DNA of 64,000 bases, taken from IMG/VR virus record IMGVR_UViG_3300027996_002186, positions 1 to 64,000 of that record; one strand, written 5' to 3'. Made by a program: the position numbers and the translations under genes. Positions within the stretch are counted from its first letter, which is position 1. Each line of letters opens with the position of its first letter. Positions 18,855 through 27,948 of the stretch are shown piece after piece. Below the pieces are notes generated by a model that saw only the letters and a program-made list of their open reading frames with translations, was not told the DNA's origin and ran no database searches.

Positions 18855-19289
18855 TTAAAGTTTACGATATTTTAATATTATATCTATATGTGATGTTTCC
18901 ATATCTTTGATATGTTTTAATTTGGAATATGAATGTTTTTTATTCATACGAGAGTCATCTATATGATTAAATTCTCTATATGTTAACTTCCAAAGTTCTA
19001 ACCCATATTCTTTCTGTAAGAGTGGTAATGCGAAGTTAAGAACTCCCATAACATCATAGACTTTAAATCTACTAAAACTTGGTAAGGTATATCTTTCTAC
19101 AATCTTATCGATTTCTATTTTAACGTGTGGTGTCAATTCCATATTCATTTTAACTTCAACAGTAAACCCCAAATCACTTAATTCGATTAGAGATTCCTCC
19201 ACAACATATTTTAAATCTGTTGAAGTATCCTTCTTTTTCTTAAAGAAAGAAAAGTTATTAAATAATTCATATGTTTTGATATACTCCAT
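18855..19289 (-). CDS. N-terminal-motif protein, paralog family
   Basis: MEYIKTYELFNN; VVEESLIELSDLGFTVEV. Confidence 0.8.
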   Translation of the reverse strand: MEYIKTYELFNNFSFFKKKKDTSTDLKYVVEESLIELSDLGFTVEVKMNMELTPHVKIEIDKIVERYTLPSFSRFKVYDVMGVLNFALPLLQKEYGLELWKLTYREFNHIDDSRMNKKHSYSKLKHIKDMETSHIDIILKYRKL

Positions 19290-19312
19290 TGTTTATATAT
19301 TATTTAGGTATT

Positions 19313-20017
19313 TCATTTATTCTTAAATATTTCTAAATCTTTGAAGATGGTATCCAATAACATCTTTAATCCTTTTTTAGAACTAACAATATAATTAATA
19401 TATTCTTTAAGGACCTTTTCATTATTACATTGTAGTTTTAATAAATATGATTCTCTTCCTTGTAAACAAGAGATTGGGTGTATCTCAAAATGTAAGTTAT
19501 CAACTTGTGTGTAACTCTTATTATTAACAGGGCTAACTTCATCTAATGAATTATATGGTGATGATAGTTCTGGTTTATATTCATTATTAGTATAAGTTAT
19601 AAATTTATACTTACCATCATCTTCCAAACCATATTTATCATCTGTTGTGAAGTCGGTATGCCAATCATCTATATAATTGATTTGATCAAATCCTATATCA
19701 ATTGTATTCGCAGTCGTTGACCAATAACTTTTTTCCAAAGATTTATCATAAAATGATAATTGTTCTAAAACTTGCATCAATGTTTTGAATGTATAATGTT
19801 TATAAGCATTAGCACCACTTGGTCCCTCACTATCTTTATTACCATCATATTTTGTTATGATGTATTGTTCTTCGTGTTTATAGAAAAGGAATTTAATACC
19901 ATCGACAGCCATTACATGAAATCTAGTAATTCCATTATCTATTAAAGTATAATCTAATTCATTATCTTTTATAAATTGTATAATCTTATCTTTATCCTCT
20001 TTGGTGATTTCTATCAT
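19313..20017 (-). CDS. hypothetical protein
   Basis: 234-aa ORF behind the palindromic late motif. Confidence 0.8.
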   Translation of the reverse strand: MIEITKEDKDKIIQFIKDNELDYTLIDNGITRFHVMAVDGIKFLFYKHEEQYIITKYDGNKDSEGPSGANAYKHYTFKTLMQVLEQLSFYDKSLEKSYWSTTANTIDIGFDQINYIDDWHTDFTTDDKYGLEDDGKYKFITYTNNEYKPELSSPYNSLDEVSPVNNKSYTQVDNLHFEIHPISCLQGRESYLLKLQCNNEKVLKEYINYIVSSKKGLKMLLDTIFKDLEIFKNK

Positions 20018-20020
20018 AGT

Positions 20021-20040
20021 TTTATATATTAATATATAAA
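20021..20040. promoter_or_regulatory. palindromic bidirectional late-promoter motif
   Basis: Perfect 20-bp palindrome TTTATATATTAATATATAAA between divergent ATGs at 20017 and 20043. Confidence 0.7.
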
Positions 20041-20042
20041 GT

Positions 20043-20489
20043 ATGAAATACTTGAGAACTTATAAAATATTTGAGTCTGTTGATTTGGTTGAGTTGGAAT
20101 CAACCGTGGATGATATATCTTTAGAGATAAAGGATTTGGGCTATGAAGTAATGATTTATATGCTAAGGAACTTCGTTAGTGTTGAAGTAATATCAAAAAG
20201 GTCAGAAAATCTTTATTCTAAATGGACGCAAGATAGGGAGAATTTTTCAAAGAAGGAATATAATAAGTGTTCTGAGGTTTTGGATAGATTGGAAGATTTT
20301 TTGAAATCGGAAGGTATGTTAATTTATTCAAAGAACTTAATTCGGGTATCACAAGTTAATTACTCAAATTATTCACAATTCGAACATGGTGTATGTGATC
20401 AAGGGTATGATAGCACAGGTACTTGGGAATATAACGTGATGTATCATCTTCCACCTCCAAAACCTTTATATCCAAGAAAAATAAAGTAA
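20043..20489 (+). CDS. N-terminal-motif protein, paralog family
   Basis: MKYLRTYKIFES; VDDISLEIKDLGYEV...LDRLEDFLKSEG. Confidence 0.8.
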   Translation: MKYLRTYKIFESVDLVELESTVDDISLEIKDLGYEVMIYMLRNFVSVEVISKRSENLYSKWTQDRENFSKKEYNKCSEVLDRLEDFLKSEGMLIYSKNLIRVSQVNYSNYSQFEHGVCDQGYDSTGTWEYNVMYHLPPPKPLYPRKIK

Positions 20490-20494
20490 TAGTT

Positions 20495-21190
20495 ATGATA
20501 AATTGGCAAGGGTATGAGTGGTTGAGTGAAGAGAGATGGGGAGAATATCACCCAAATAAACCTATTGTTTGGTATGATCCATCAGCTATTGAGATAGACT
20601 CCCTCGATGTTCTAAAACTAAAATGTAGGTCTAATCCAAAAACTTTTGATGATATTATCATCCCAATTGGTACCGGTTTGATATCTTGTACTACTGAGTT
20701 TGGATATGGTAAGTTTGAGATATGTGCTAAGTTACCAGATGGTCCTTTTGTTTGGCCAGCATTTTGGATGTGGTCTTTTGATTCTTGGCCACCAGAAATA
20801 GATGTATTTGAGGGTTATACTAATAAAAGGAATAGTTATTTTAATTGGAGTTTACGTTCTTTACTTGGTAAATTCTGGGCAGTTAATTCGAATATACATC
20901 TTGGATCATCACCAGATAATTATATGATGGGTGCAAAATCTCATTGGTTGGGTTGGAAAAGTCCAAGTAAAGTTTTTAATAAGTATGGTGTAATTTGGAC
21001 AGATAAAGAAATAAAAATATTATTTAATGATAGAGTTGTTAGGGAAATAAAAGATGAAAAGGTTATAATCCAGTTACGGGGTAAGAAGATGAATGTTATA
21101 ATAAATAATTCTATACAAGATGGTTATATGGAAACTGATAGACCGGCTCATGAAATGATAGTTAAATATTTCACATACGAAAAATACTAA
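20495..21190 (+). CDS. glycoside hydrolase family 16
   Basis: YGKFEICAKLP..WPAFW...WPPEIDVFE (ExDxxE catalytic motif). Confidence 0.9.
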   Translation: MINWQGYEWLSEERWGEYHPNKPIVWYDPSAIEIDSLDVLKLKCRSNPKTFDDIIIPIGTGLISCTTEFGYGKFEICAKLPDGPFVWPAFWMWSFDSWPPEIDVFEGYTNKRNSYFNWSLRSLLGKFWAVNSNIHLGSSPDNYMMGAKSHWLGWKSPSKVFNKYGVIWTDKEIKILFNDRVVREIKDEKVIIQLRGKKMNVIINNSIQDGYMETDRPAHEMIVKYFTYEKY

Positions 21191-21270
21191 CCAAATAATT
21201 CATTGGTTAAGTCTTTGTTTTTGTGTGGTAAAGAATAAGATGTTGATAATACAAATTAATATATACAATA

Positions 21271-21477
21271 ATGAAAAATTTGAAAGAGAGTGATAGTTGG
21301 GCTGGTTCTAATTACGCTTATAACCAAACAATAGTACCTAGAAATACTGAGATATTTAAAGTAAATGATCCTATATCCTATAAGTGTGATAGTTGTGAGT
21401 TTGAATTTTTCACTTATACTAAAGAGCAAGACTACTGTACCCTTTGTGGATCAGAAGATATAAAACAAATAAATTAA
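21271..21477 (+). CDS. small zinc-ribbon protein
   Basis: CDSC...CTLCGS; starts MKNLKES; TTAATATATA upstream. Confidence 0.7.
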   Translation: MKNLKESDSWAGSNYAYNQTIVPRNTEIFKVNDPISYKCDSCEFEFFTYTKEQDYCTLCGSEDIKQIN

Positions 21478-21479
21478 TA

Positions 21480-21836
21480 ATGAAATTAAAAAGATTTAAT
21501 GAGGATATCACAGATGATTCTGTTATACCAACAGGAATTCCCAATCCAGAGAATGATATGTTCCAAACAAGTATATTTGCTGATATAGAAGGTGATTTGG
21601 AAGATATGTCACCCGGAGAAGCAGAAGATTATCTATCAAGTATAATTGTTTTCTGTAACCAACAGATTAAAGGCATCATTGAGGAAGAAGTGGATGAAGA
21701 AGAAGTGGATGAAGAAGATGAAAGAAGATATGATGATAGAGAAAATTATGGTACAGATGATGAATCAAGATATGATGATACAGTAGCACGTAACATCAGA
21801 AATTATAAATACGGAAACCATCCTGATGAAAAATAA
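21480..21836 (+). CDS. acidic N-terminal-motif protein
   Basis: MKLKRFNED; EEEVD tandem repeat. Confidence 0.75.
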   Translation: MKLKRFNEDITDDSVIPTGIPNPENDMFQTSIFADIEGDLEDMSPGEAEDYLSSIIVFCNQQIKGIIEEEVDEEEVDEEDERRYDDRENYGTDDESRYDDTVARNIRNYKYGNHPDEK

Positions 21837-22071
21837 TAATAAAATAATGAAAAAAATAATTAAAAAAGTAAAGTGTTATTTTGAGAAAGTTAAGAACTTC
21901 TTAAATAGATTTAATCTAATAAATGGTTGGAAAAATGGATCAGGTTCTAAACAAGGAGATAAATATATTCTCGAATTAAGACTTGGTAAGTTAACTGTGG
22001 TTGAGTTGGATATTGATTTGAATAAATCATTTAGATTAACATTATTTAACTTTGCTATATCCTTTAAGTAA
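21826..22071 (+). CDS. hypothetical protein
   Basis: ORF. Confidence 0.6.
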   Translation: MKNNNKIMKKIIKKVKCYFEKVKNFLNRFNLINGWKNGSGSKQGDKYILELRLGKLTVVELDIDLNKSFRLTLFNFAISFK

Positions 22072-22072
22072 A

Positions 22073-22327
22073 TCACTTTAATGCTTTATATGACTCGTTA
22101 TACATGAAATGATATAACATGCCTATGATCATGGAAAAGATGCCTATGATTAGTATTGGTGATATAATAACACCAATGCTTTTATATCTAAACATAGATA
22201 AAAGTAATACAAGTCCACCCAAAGATAAAAACAATAATGTTTTTATCTTAATTGATGATAAAAATTTATCTACATCACCACCATAATTGGTATCTACTAT
22301 TTTCTTAACTTCCTTTTCAAATTCCAT
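22073..22327 (-). CDS. two-TM membrane protein
   Basis: Hydrophobic helices. Confidence 0.7.
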   Translation of the reverse strand: MEFEKEVKKIVDTNYGGDVDKFLSSIKIKTLLFLSLGGLVLLLSMFRYKSIGVIISPILIIGIFSMIIGMLYHFMYNESYKALK

Positions 22328-22668
22328 TATTTACTTAATTTATCCTTTAGTTTTATTAATCCAAACATTTGTTCTTCTCCTCGGCCATCGAATTTACGTT
22401 TATTATTTAATATCCATTCTAAATCAACAATTCTTTTATTACAATTCTTTATATAGTAAACACCATACTTAATTCTTGAAGATTTAAGGTTATTCCAATC
22501 AGCAATCATAACTTCGTCTATATCAATATTTTTATTTTTTAGAAGAACCTTCATGAAATTAAACGACCTTATAGTAAGTTGTGTTTTTATATCAACTATA
22601 TTTTTACCTCCTTTGAAGGATTGTATTATGGTTCTATCAACCATCTGTAATATTTTTTCTGGACTCAT
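22327..22668 (-). CDS. hypothetical protein
   Basis: TATATTTG box (22673-22680) 4 nt upstream of ATG. Confidence 0.7.
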   Translation of the reverse strand: MSPEKILQMVDRTIIQSFKGGKNIVDIKTQLTIRSFNFMKVLLKNKNIDIDEVMIADWNNLKSSRIKYGVYYIKNCNKRIVDLEWILNNKRKFDGRGEEQMFGLIKLKDKLSK

Positions 22669-22837
22669 ATTACAAATATAGTAAATTAATTTGAATATAT
22701 AAAGTTTATGTCGGATTTTTTTATGGTACTATCAAATATAAACAAATGATATAAAATAAACAAATGATATATTATTTAATATATAGGTGTGTTAGTTTTG
22801 CTATTTGTGTAATGATATTTAATTTAAAATAAAAGTT

Positions 22838-23092
22838 ATGGGAGAAGATAATCATAAGAAGGATCAACAAGAAGTTATTAAAAAACAAGCTAGTTATCTC
22901 GAAAAGTCTATAAAGGAAAAGACAAAGGAACTGAAATTTGTACAAAACACCTGTAAACATCCAGAAGAATCGATAAAACTTAAAGATATGAATCCAAGTG
23001 GTGCATCTGATATAAGAAAATGTTGTGATTCTTGTGGACATGTTTTAGGATATCCGAGTAAAACTGAAATGGATAATTGGATAGGTAAATAA
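22838..23092 (+). CDS. coiled-coil/zinc-binding hypothetical protein
   Basis: CKH...CDSCG. Confidence 0.7.
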   Translation: MGEDNHKKDQQEVIKKQASYLEKSIKEKTKELKFVQNTCKHPEESIKLKDMNPSGASDIRKCCDSCGHVLGYPSKTEMDNWIGK

Positions 23093-23100
23093 TTACTTTT

Positions 23101-23553
23101 CTATATTAATCTATTATCATTTAGTAAACCAGTACCCAAAGCCGCGGTAGTAGCTAATACATCACATCTTTCATTTTCTTCATGTCCGTTGTGCCCCTTA
23201 ACCCAATTAAAATTTATATTGAAATTGTTGTGTATGTTTAAGTATCTTCTCCAAAGGTCTTCATTTTTCTTACCGCCAAAGTTTTTCTTCTTATCCCAAT
23301 TAAAAACCCATCCTTTGCTAATAGAGTCAACGACATATTTTGAATCAGAATAAACTTCTATTCTATATTTGGTATTTTTAATTGCTTCTAAAGCAACGAT
23401 TATAGCAAGTAACTCCATTCGGTTATTCGTTGTGTGGATATATCCTTGTGATAGTTCTTTGACTTTACCTTTGAACTTCATGACAACTCCATAACCACCC
23501 GGACCAGGGTTACCACGAGAACTACCATCTGTATATATGTAAATTTTATCCAT
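23101..23553 (-). CDS. rnhA: ribonuclease HI
   Basis: YTDGSSRGNPGPGG, TTNNRMEL, SDSKYV, WVKGH.G..ENERCD. Confidence 0.97.
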   Translation of the reverse strand: MDKIYIYTDGSSRGNPGPGGYGVVMKFKGKVKELSQGYIHTTNNRMELLAIIVALEAIKNTKYRIEVYSDSKYVVDSISKGWVFNWDKKKNFGGKKNEDLWRRYLNIHNNFNINFNWVKGHNGHEENERCDVLATTAALGTGLLNDNRLI

Positions 23554-23861
23554 TATATTTTTATGGATTTCCATACCTCCACGGGGTTATTTTTTTGTTC
23601 AACTTTGAAAACACTTTTAAATGGTGTTTTGAAAACTCTAACTGTTATACCTGTTTTTGAATTAGAAAATTCTTTGATTGATTTAAAATCATCTGTTCCA
23701 TAAGAATATAAAGATTTGAATCTCTTGTCGATTTCGCCTTTTTTATTTATGCGATTAATCAAATAACAAAAAGAGTTTGATTCTTTAATTCCTGTATAAA
23801 ACCTAGTCATTACTAATCTACGTTTGGTATCTACTTTTGGGGAAAATTTTTTGTATCTCAT
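23553..23861 (-). CDS. basic hypothetical protein
   Basis: TATCTTTG box (23866-23873) upstream. Confidence 0.7.
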   Translation of the reverse strand: MRYKKFSPKVDTKRRLVMTRFYTGIKESNSFCYLINRINKKGEIDKRFKSLYSYGTDDFKSIKEFSNSKTGITVRVFKTPFKSVFKVEQKNNPVEVWKSIKI

Positions 23862-23889
23862 AATACAAAGATACGGAAAATAATCCGAA

Positions 23890-24615
23890 TTACAAAATCG
23901 ACTTTATCTCATTTACTTTATCCTCACTCAATAACTTAGACATAACTCTCCAAAATATATCATCATTATCAGCCATTGATTCTGATAATCTAAAAATAGG
24001 AATTGGTTTTTCTATATTTTTTAATTCCATCTCAAAGATATAAAACAACATAAATTCTTTAGATATCAAAATAACTTCTGGATTATCAACTAACAATTTA
24101 TCATAATTATCACTTTTCATTATATCAAATGATGCTGGGTAAAAATGTTCGATAAGTCTGTTATATAAATGGAATCCAATAGATGCTTTAGTATCACCAA
24201 ATAATTTAGTATTAGCTTCTATTCTAGATGTTCTATTTATAACAGTCCCAACATAAGTATTTAATAAACCTGTTCCAACTTCCCATATGTTACCGGAGTC
24301 AGATCCTATACCAAATGATGCTTTTACTCCAGTGATACTAACAAAGTCATTACATAATTTATTTAAAGCTCTGTGTGTTGATAATAGATAAGCGTATCCT
24401 TCAATATAATTTTTATCTGATAAAAATATTGTTAATACTCCATCACCGGTTGTACCCATATGTATATCATCGGATATAATATTAGCTATATCTGATTGTA
24501 TTTGATAATAAGACTCGATGAAATTTAAAAATTCATTGGATTGTTTATATTGAAAGTTTTCAAATAACCCACTAAAATTCCTGATATCTGTTAATATTGT
24601 AGTCGCTGATTTCAT
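23890..24615 (-). CDS. class III nucleotidyl (adenylate/guanylate-type) cyclase, stand-alone catalytic domain
   Basis: TDIRNFS, GDGVL, GIGSDSG, YVGTVINRTSRIE motifs. Confidence 0.85.
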   Translation of the reverse strand: MKSATTILTDIRNFSGLFENFQYKQSNEFLNFIESYYQIQSDIANIISDDIHMGTTGDGVLTIFLSDKNYIEGYAYLLSTHRALNKLCNDFVSITGVKASFGIGSDSGNIWEVGTGLLNTYVGTVINRTSRIEANTKLFGDTKASIGFHLYNRLIEHFYPASFDIMKSDNYDKLLVDNPEVILISKEFMLFYIFEMELKNIEKPIPIFRLSESMADNDDIFWRVMSKLLSEDKVNEIKSIL

Positions 24616-24664
24616 AAATACAAAGATAGATAAATTTTATCATATATCAATATATTATAAGTAT

Positions 24665-24934
24665 TTATATTTTATTCCTAGATTTTTCTTCTTTACCACA
24701 AAAAAAACATTTAATATATCTTTTATCATCACTACCAACTATCCTTTTATCACATTGACTTAGACACTTAGCCTGTGGTATAACTTCTTCTTTACCAACT
24801 AACTTAATTCTATTTGGTTTGAAGAATTTAATCACAACATCATCACCATTTTCAGAAACGACCTTACCTAATCTACCTCTCACAGTAACTATATCATCTT
24901 TTGTGAATTCTTCAAATAATTTTAAATGTAACAT
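24665..24934 (-). CDS. N-terminal-motif protein, SH3/KOW-like plus zinc ribbon
   Basis: MLHLKLFEEF; CxxxC...CFFC. Confidence 0.75.
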   Translation of the reverse strand: MLHLKLFEEFTKDDIVTVRGRLGKVVSENGDDVVIKFFKPNRIKLVGKEEVIPQAKCLSQCDKRIVGSDDKRYIKCFFCGKEEKSRNKI

Positions 24935-24985
24935 AAGTTATATATTATAATTAATATATAAAGAAATAATAAAAAATATAATTAT

Positions 24986-25372
24986 ATGAAATATTTAAAG
25001 AAATTTTTCGAAGACCTTGAGGAAGCTCAAGAAGAAGTAGTACAGGCACAGAGTGAAGGTGATATGGATGCTTGTATTGAGGCTTGTAATAAATGTGCTG
25101 AGATATGTAAAAGGTGTGCTGATGAGTGTGCTAAGAATGATAATGAAGAGTGTGCTAAGAATTGTACAGAATGTGCTTTATTATGTGAATTATGTGCTAC
25201 AGCTTGTGAGAGTGGATCAACTAGATCTAAAGATATCTGTGAGTTGTGTGTAGATTGTTGTAAAGACTGTGTTGAGTCATGTGATGATTGTGGTTCAGAA
25301 ACTTGTACAGAATGTTCAGCGGCTTGTAATGTTTGTATAGAAGAGTGTATGATGTGTCTTGAGTCCATGTAA
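24986..25372 (+). CDS. Cys-rich four-helix-bundle Cu-storage-like protein (Csp/DUF326) with N-terminal motif
   Basis: Regular CxxxC/CxxC helices (CIEACNKCAEICKRCADEC...); starts MKYLKKFFE. Confidence 0.75.
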   Translation: MKYLKKFFEDLEEAQEEVVQAQSEGDMDACIEACNKCAEICKRCADECAKNDNEECAKNCTECALLCELCATACESGSTRSKDICELCVDCCKDCVESCDDCGSETCTECSAACNVCIEECMMCLESM

Positions 25373-25390
25373 AAAAAATATTTAGAAAGT

Positions 25391-25543
25391 ATGCTTAATC
25401 GAAAATATATAACGGAGTCTGAATTTATTAATTGGCTTAAGGGATATTTAGATGCTATTGATGCTAATAGTATAACCTACAAAGAGTATGAAAAAATATT
25501 AGAAAAATTAGTATTAGTCAAGCCTAAAGATTACGAAGATTGA
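25391..25543 (+). CDS. small hypothetical protein (50 aa, not in ORF track)
   Basis: MLNRKYITESEFINWLKGYLDA...DYED*. Confidence 0.55.
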   Translation: MLNRKYITESEFINWLKGYLDAIDANSITYKEYEKILEKLVLVKPKDYED

Positions 25544-25565
25544 GTCTAAACTCATTACAATATTA

Positions 25566-26180
25566 TTAATTTTTTATAATCCCTAAATCTTTTAATGCTA
25601 GATAACCAAAGTAAGCTCCGAATAGAGCCATAAATAAGAATCCTGACATAACACTAACGATAATTAATAACACTGATGTTACTAAAGAAACTTTAGCCGC
25701 TATTGAAAATGCTTGTCCTCGGTTGATTCCTAATTTTCTACTTTTTATTGATAATAAATCTCTTAAAATTCTACCACCATCCATTGGATATATTGGGAGA
25801 ATGTTAAATACGAACAGTAATAGGTTAACCATCATAAATGAATCAATGAATGTGTTTGGATAAACAAAACTAATCAACATTCCAATGAAATATAGAGTTA
25901 GATTACTTATTGGACCTGCGGCCGTGATTGGAATAGAATCTCTCTCGTGTATATTAGAATCAATAGAGGCAGATCCACTAAATAAACCAACCTCAATACC
26001 ATATACTCTATAACCCCTTCTGTTAGCTACAAAAGCGTGTGCCATTTCATGCAATATTACTGATATAAAAATTGAAACTGCAATCGGTATTGGTGTTATT
26101 ATAAATATAATCAGGAAGAGTAGGTTCAGATTAACTGGTGTTCCCTGGAATGTAAATAACTTAAATATTAAATTTGTCAT
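25566..26180 (-). CDS. site-2 protease (M50) membrane metalloprotease
   Basis: HEMAH, AAGP, FNILPIYPMDGG. Confidence 0.93.
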   Translation of the reverse strand: MTNLIFKLFTFQGTPVNLNLLFLIIFIITPIPIAVSIFISVILHEMAHAFVANRRGYRVYGIEVGLFSGSASIDSNIHERDSIPITAAGPISNLTLYFIGMLISFVYPNTFIDSFMMVNLLLFVFNILPIYPMDGGRILRDLLSIKSRKLGINRGQAFSIAAKVSLVTSVLLIIVSVMSGFLFMALFGAYFGYLALKDLGIIKN

Positions 26181-26296
26181 AACTAATTTTTCTTTGCTTT
26201 ATATTTCATTTATACAAATATAGTTATATTATATCAAGAACCATAAAAAGTGTTTAATTATTTAATATATAATTGTATAAAAATCACTACAAAAAC

Positions 26297-26512
26297 ATGG
26301 CATTACCGATGGTATCTTTTAAGGAATTTGTAAAAAACCCAATAGTGGCTCTATTATTTATGTGCTTAATGGCTATTGGATATTTATATATTGATAATAA
26401 ATCAACATTAACCACACAAATAGAGACTCTACAAGTAGAAGTAATTAACTTAAAGAAGGATTATAAAGAATTGAATGATAAATTCATAGAAACAATACAA
26501 AAAATGAAATGA
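26297..26512 (+). CDS. TM plus coiled-coil protein (lysis/spanin-like candidate)
   Basis: Single TM then heptads; late motif upstream. Confidence 0.6.
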   Translation: MALPMVSFKEFVKNPIVALLFMCLMAIGYLYIDNKSTLTTQIETLQVEVINLKKDYKELNDKFIETIQKMK

Positions 26513-27096
26513 AAAATTTTTTAGTTATATTTTCAGCATTTTGTTTATTATTAACATTAGTGGTAATAATCAGAAGTAATCAACATATGTATGAACACGA
26601 TTATGAAGATGCTCAATCTAATATAGATAGTATGAAAATTGAAAAAGACAGTCTATTTCAATTAGCGGATGATGTGTTAGATATCGTTTTTCATGAAAAA
26701 GAAATGAAGGACTCTATCGTTAGTAATTTAGACTATCAAGTTAAGAATAGTGAAATTACTATCGAACAACAGGTTCGTCAACTAAAGGAATTATTAAGGG
26801 AATCTAATGAATCTAATGAATTTGCATTAGAACAAAAGGATATAGCTATACAGGTACAGAGAATGGCTCAATTAGAAAAGGAAAAAGCTGAAATGGCAAG
26901 AATGATATCACAGAAAAAATATCAAGAACTTCTAAAAGAGAATATGATGTTATTGGAAGAGATAAAGAACTTTAAGGAACTTACTGAAAAAGTTGTGTTA
27001 GATAATATCGAAATATCTGATACTTTAAGTGTTGATGATATAGATATCAAAAAGGATAAGAAGAAGAAAAACAAGAAGAAAAAGAATAAAAATTAA
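26509..27096 (+). CDS. membrane-anchored coiled-coil protein
   Basis: N-terminal TM, long coiled coil, poly-Lys tail. Confidence 0.7.
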   Translation: MKNFLVIFSAFCLLLTLVVIIRSNQHMYEHDYEDAQSNIDSMKIEKDSLFQLADDVLDIVFHEKEMKDSIVSNLDYQVKNSEITIEQQVRQLKELLRESNESNEFALEQKDIAIQVQRMAQLEKEKAEMARMISQKKYQELLKENMMLLEEIKNFKELTEKVVLDNIEISDTLSVDDIDIKKDKKKKNKKKKNKN

Positions 27097-27154
27097 TCTA
27101 AAAATTTGATTAGTTTATCATCTCTATTTAAATCTTTATATCCACTAAAATTAT

Positions 27155-27886
27155 TTACAAAATTATTATGATTGGTAAATGATCTGATAATTTTCTTTTA
27201 TCATTTTTATATTCAAACTCAAAAACCTCAGAATGGTTTATCTTAATACCCCTTTCTACAAAGAAATGGTCATAACTATTTTTACTAATACTACCATCCC
27301 TTTTGAATGTGGTCGGCTCACCCACCAAAGGACATTGGAAATTTACCAATAGTGGTATATAAATTATATGTTTAGATGTTAGATTAAAATCCCCACAAAG
27401 TATTCCATCTTTATAGTTATATAAATGTTTTATTTCTCCTTGTGGGTTTTTTGACGCTGGTACAATGTGAACTTGTCTTATTATAATTTCCTCACATTTA
27501 TATTTGAAGTGAGCAATATAAGGTTCTCTATTAATCGAATCCTCTAATGTTACATCTAAGTAAGCTGTGTCTAATTCAACATCTTTACTATAAAGGTAAG
27601 CGTATCTTTCTGTTCCTCTACCAGTAGTCTTGTCGGATATAACATAATTATAATTTAATATGTTTGCTAATTGTATAATACAAGAGTCCCCATACTTATT
27701 TGTCACCAATTCCTGAATAGCTATTATATCAGCATTTGATTGTATCATAACATCAGCTATTGCTGGTACAATGGTATCTTTCTTGAATTTTGATTCTCCT
27801 AAATATTGTATATTCCAAGACATAATAACCTGAGAGAAGGTTATAGTTGGAAGTAAAAGTGATAGTATTAAGATTATTTTTTTCAT
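27155..27886 (-). CDS. secreted endonuclease/exonuclease/phosphatase (DNase I-like)
   Basis: Signal peptide; SWNI, DIIAIQE, ERYAY, GDFN, YDHF, SDHLP. Confidence 0.92.
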   Translation of the reverse strand: MKKIILILSLLLPTITFSQVIMSWNIQYLGESKFKKDTIVPAIADVMIQSNADIIAIQELVTNKYGDSCIIQLANILNYNYVISDKTTGRGTERYAYLYSKDVELDTAYLDVTLEDSINREPYIAHFKYKCEEIIIRQVHIVPASKNPQGEIKHLYNYKDGILCGDFNLTSKHIIYIPLLVNFQCPLVGEPTTFKRDGSISKNSYDHFFVERGIKINHSEVFEFEYKNDKRKLSDHLPIIIIL

Positions 27887-27948
27887 GTAGTTATATATAA
27901 AGATATACCCTTGTAAATTATTAGACTATTTATTTAATATATAAATAC

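Noticed and set aside
23890-24615. Complete Pycsar defence system
   Set aside because: No adjacent TM or TIR cyclic-nucleotide-binding effector gene.
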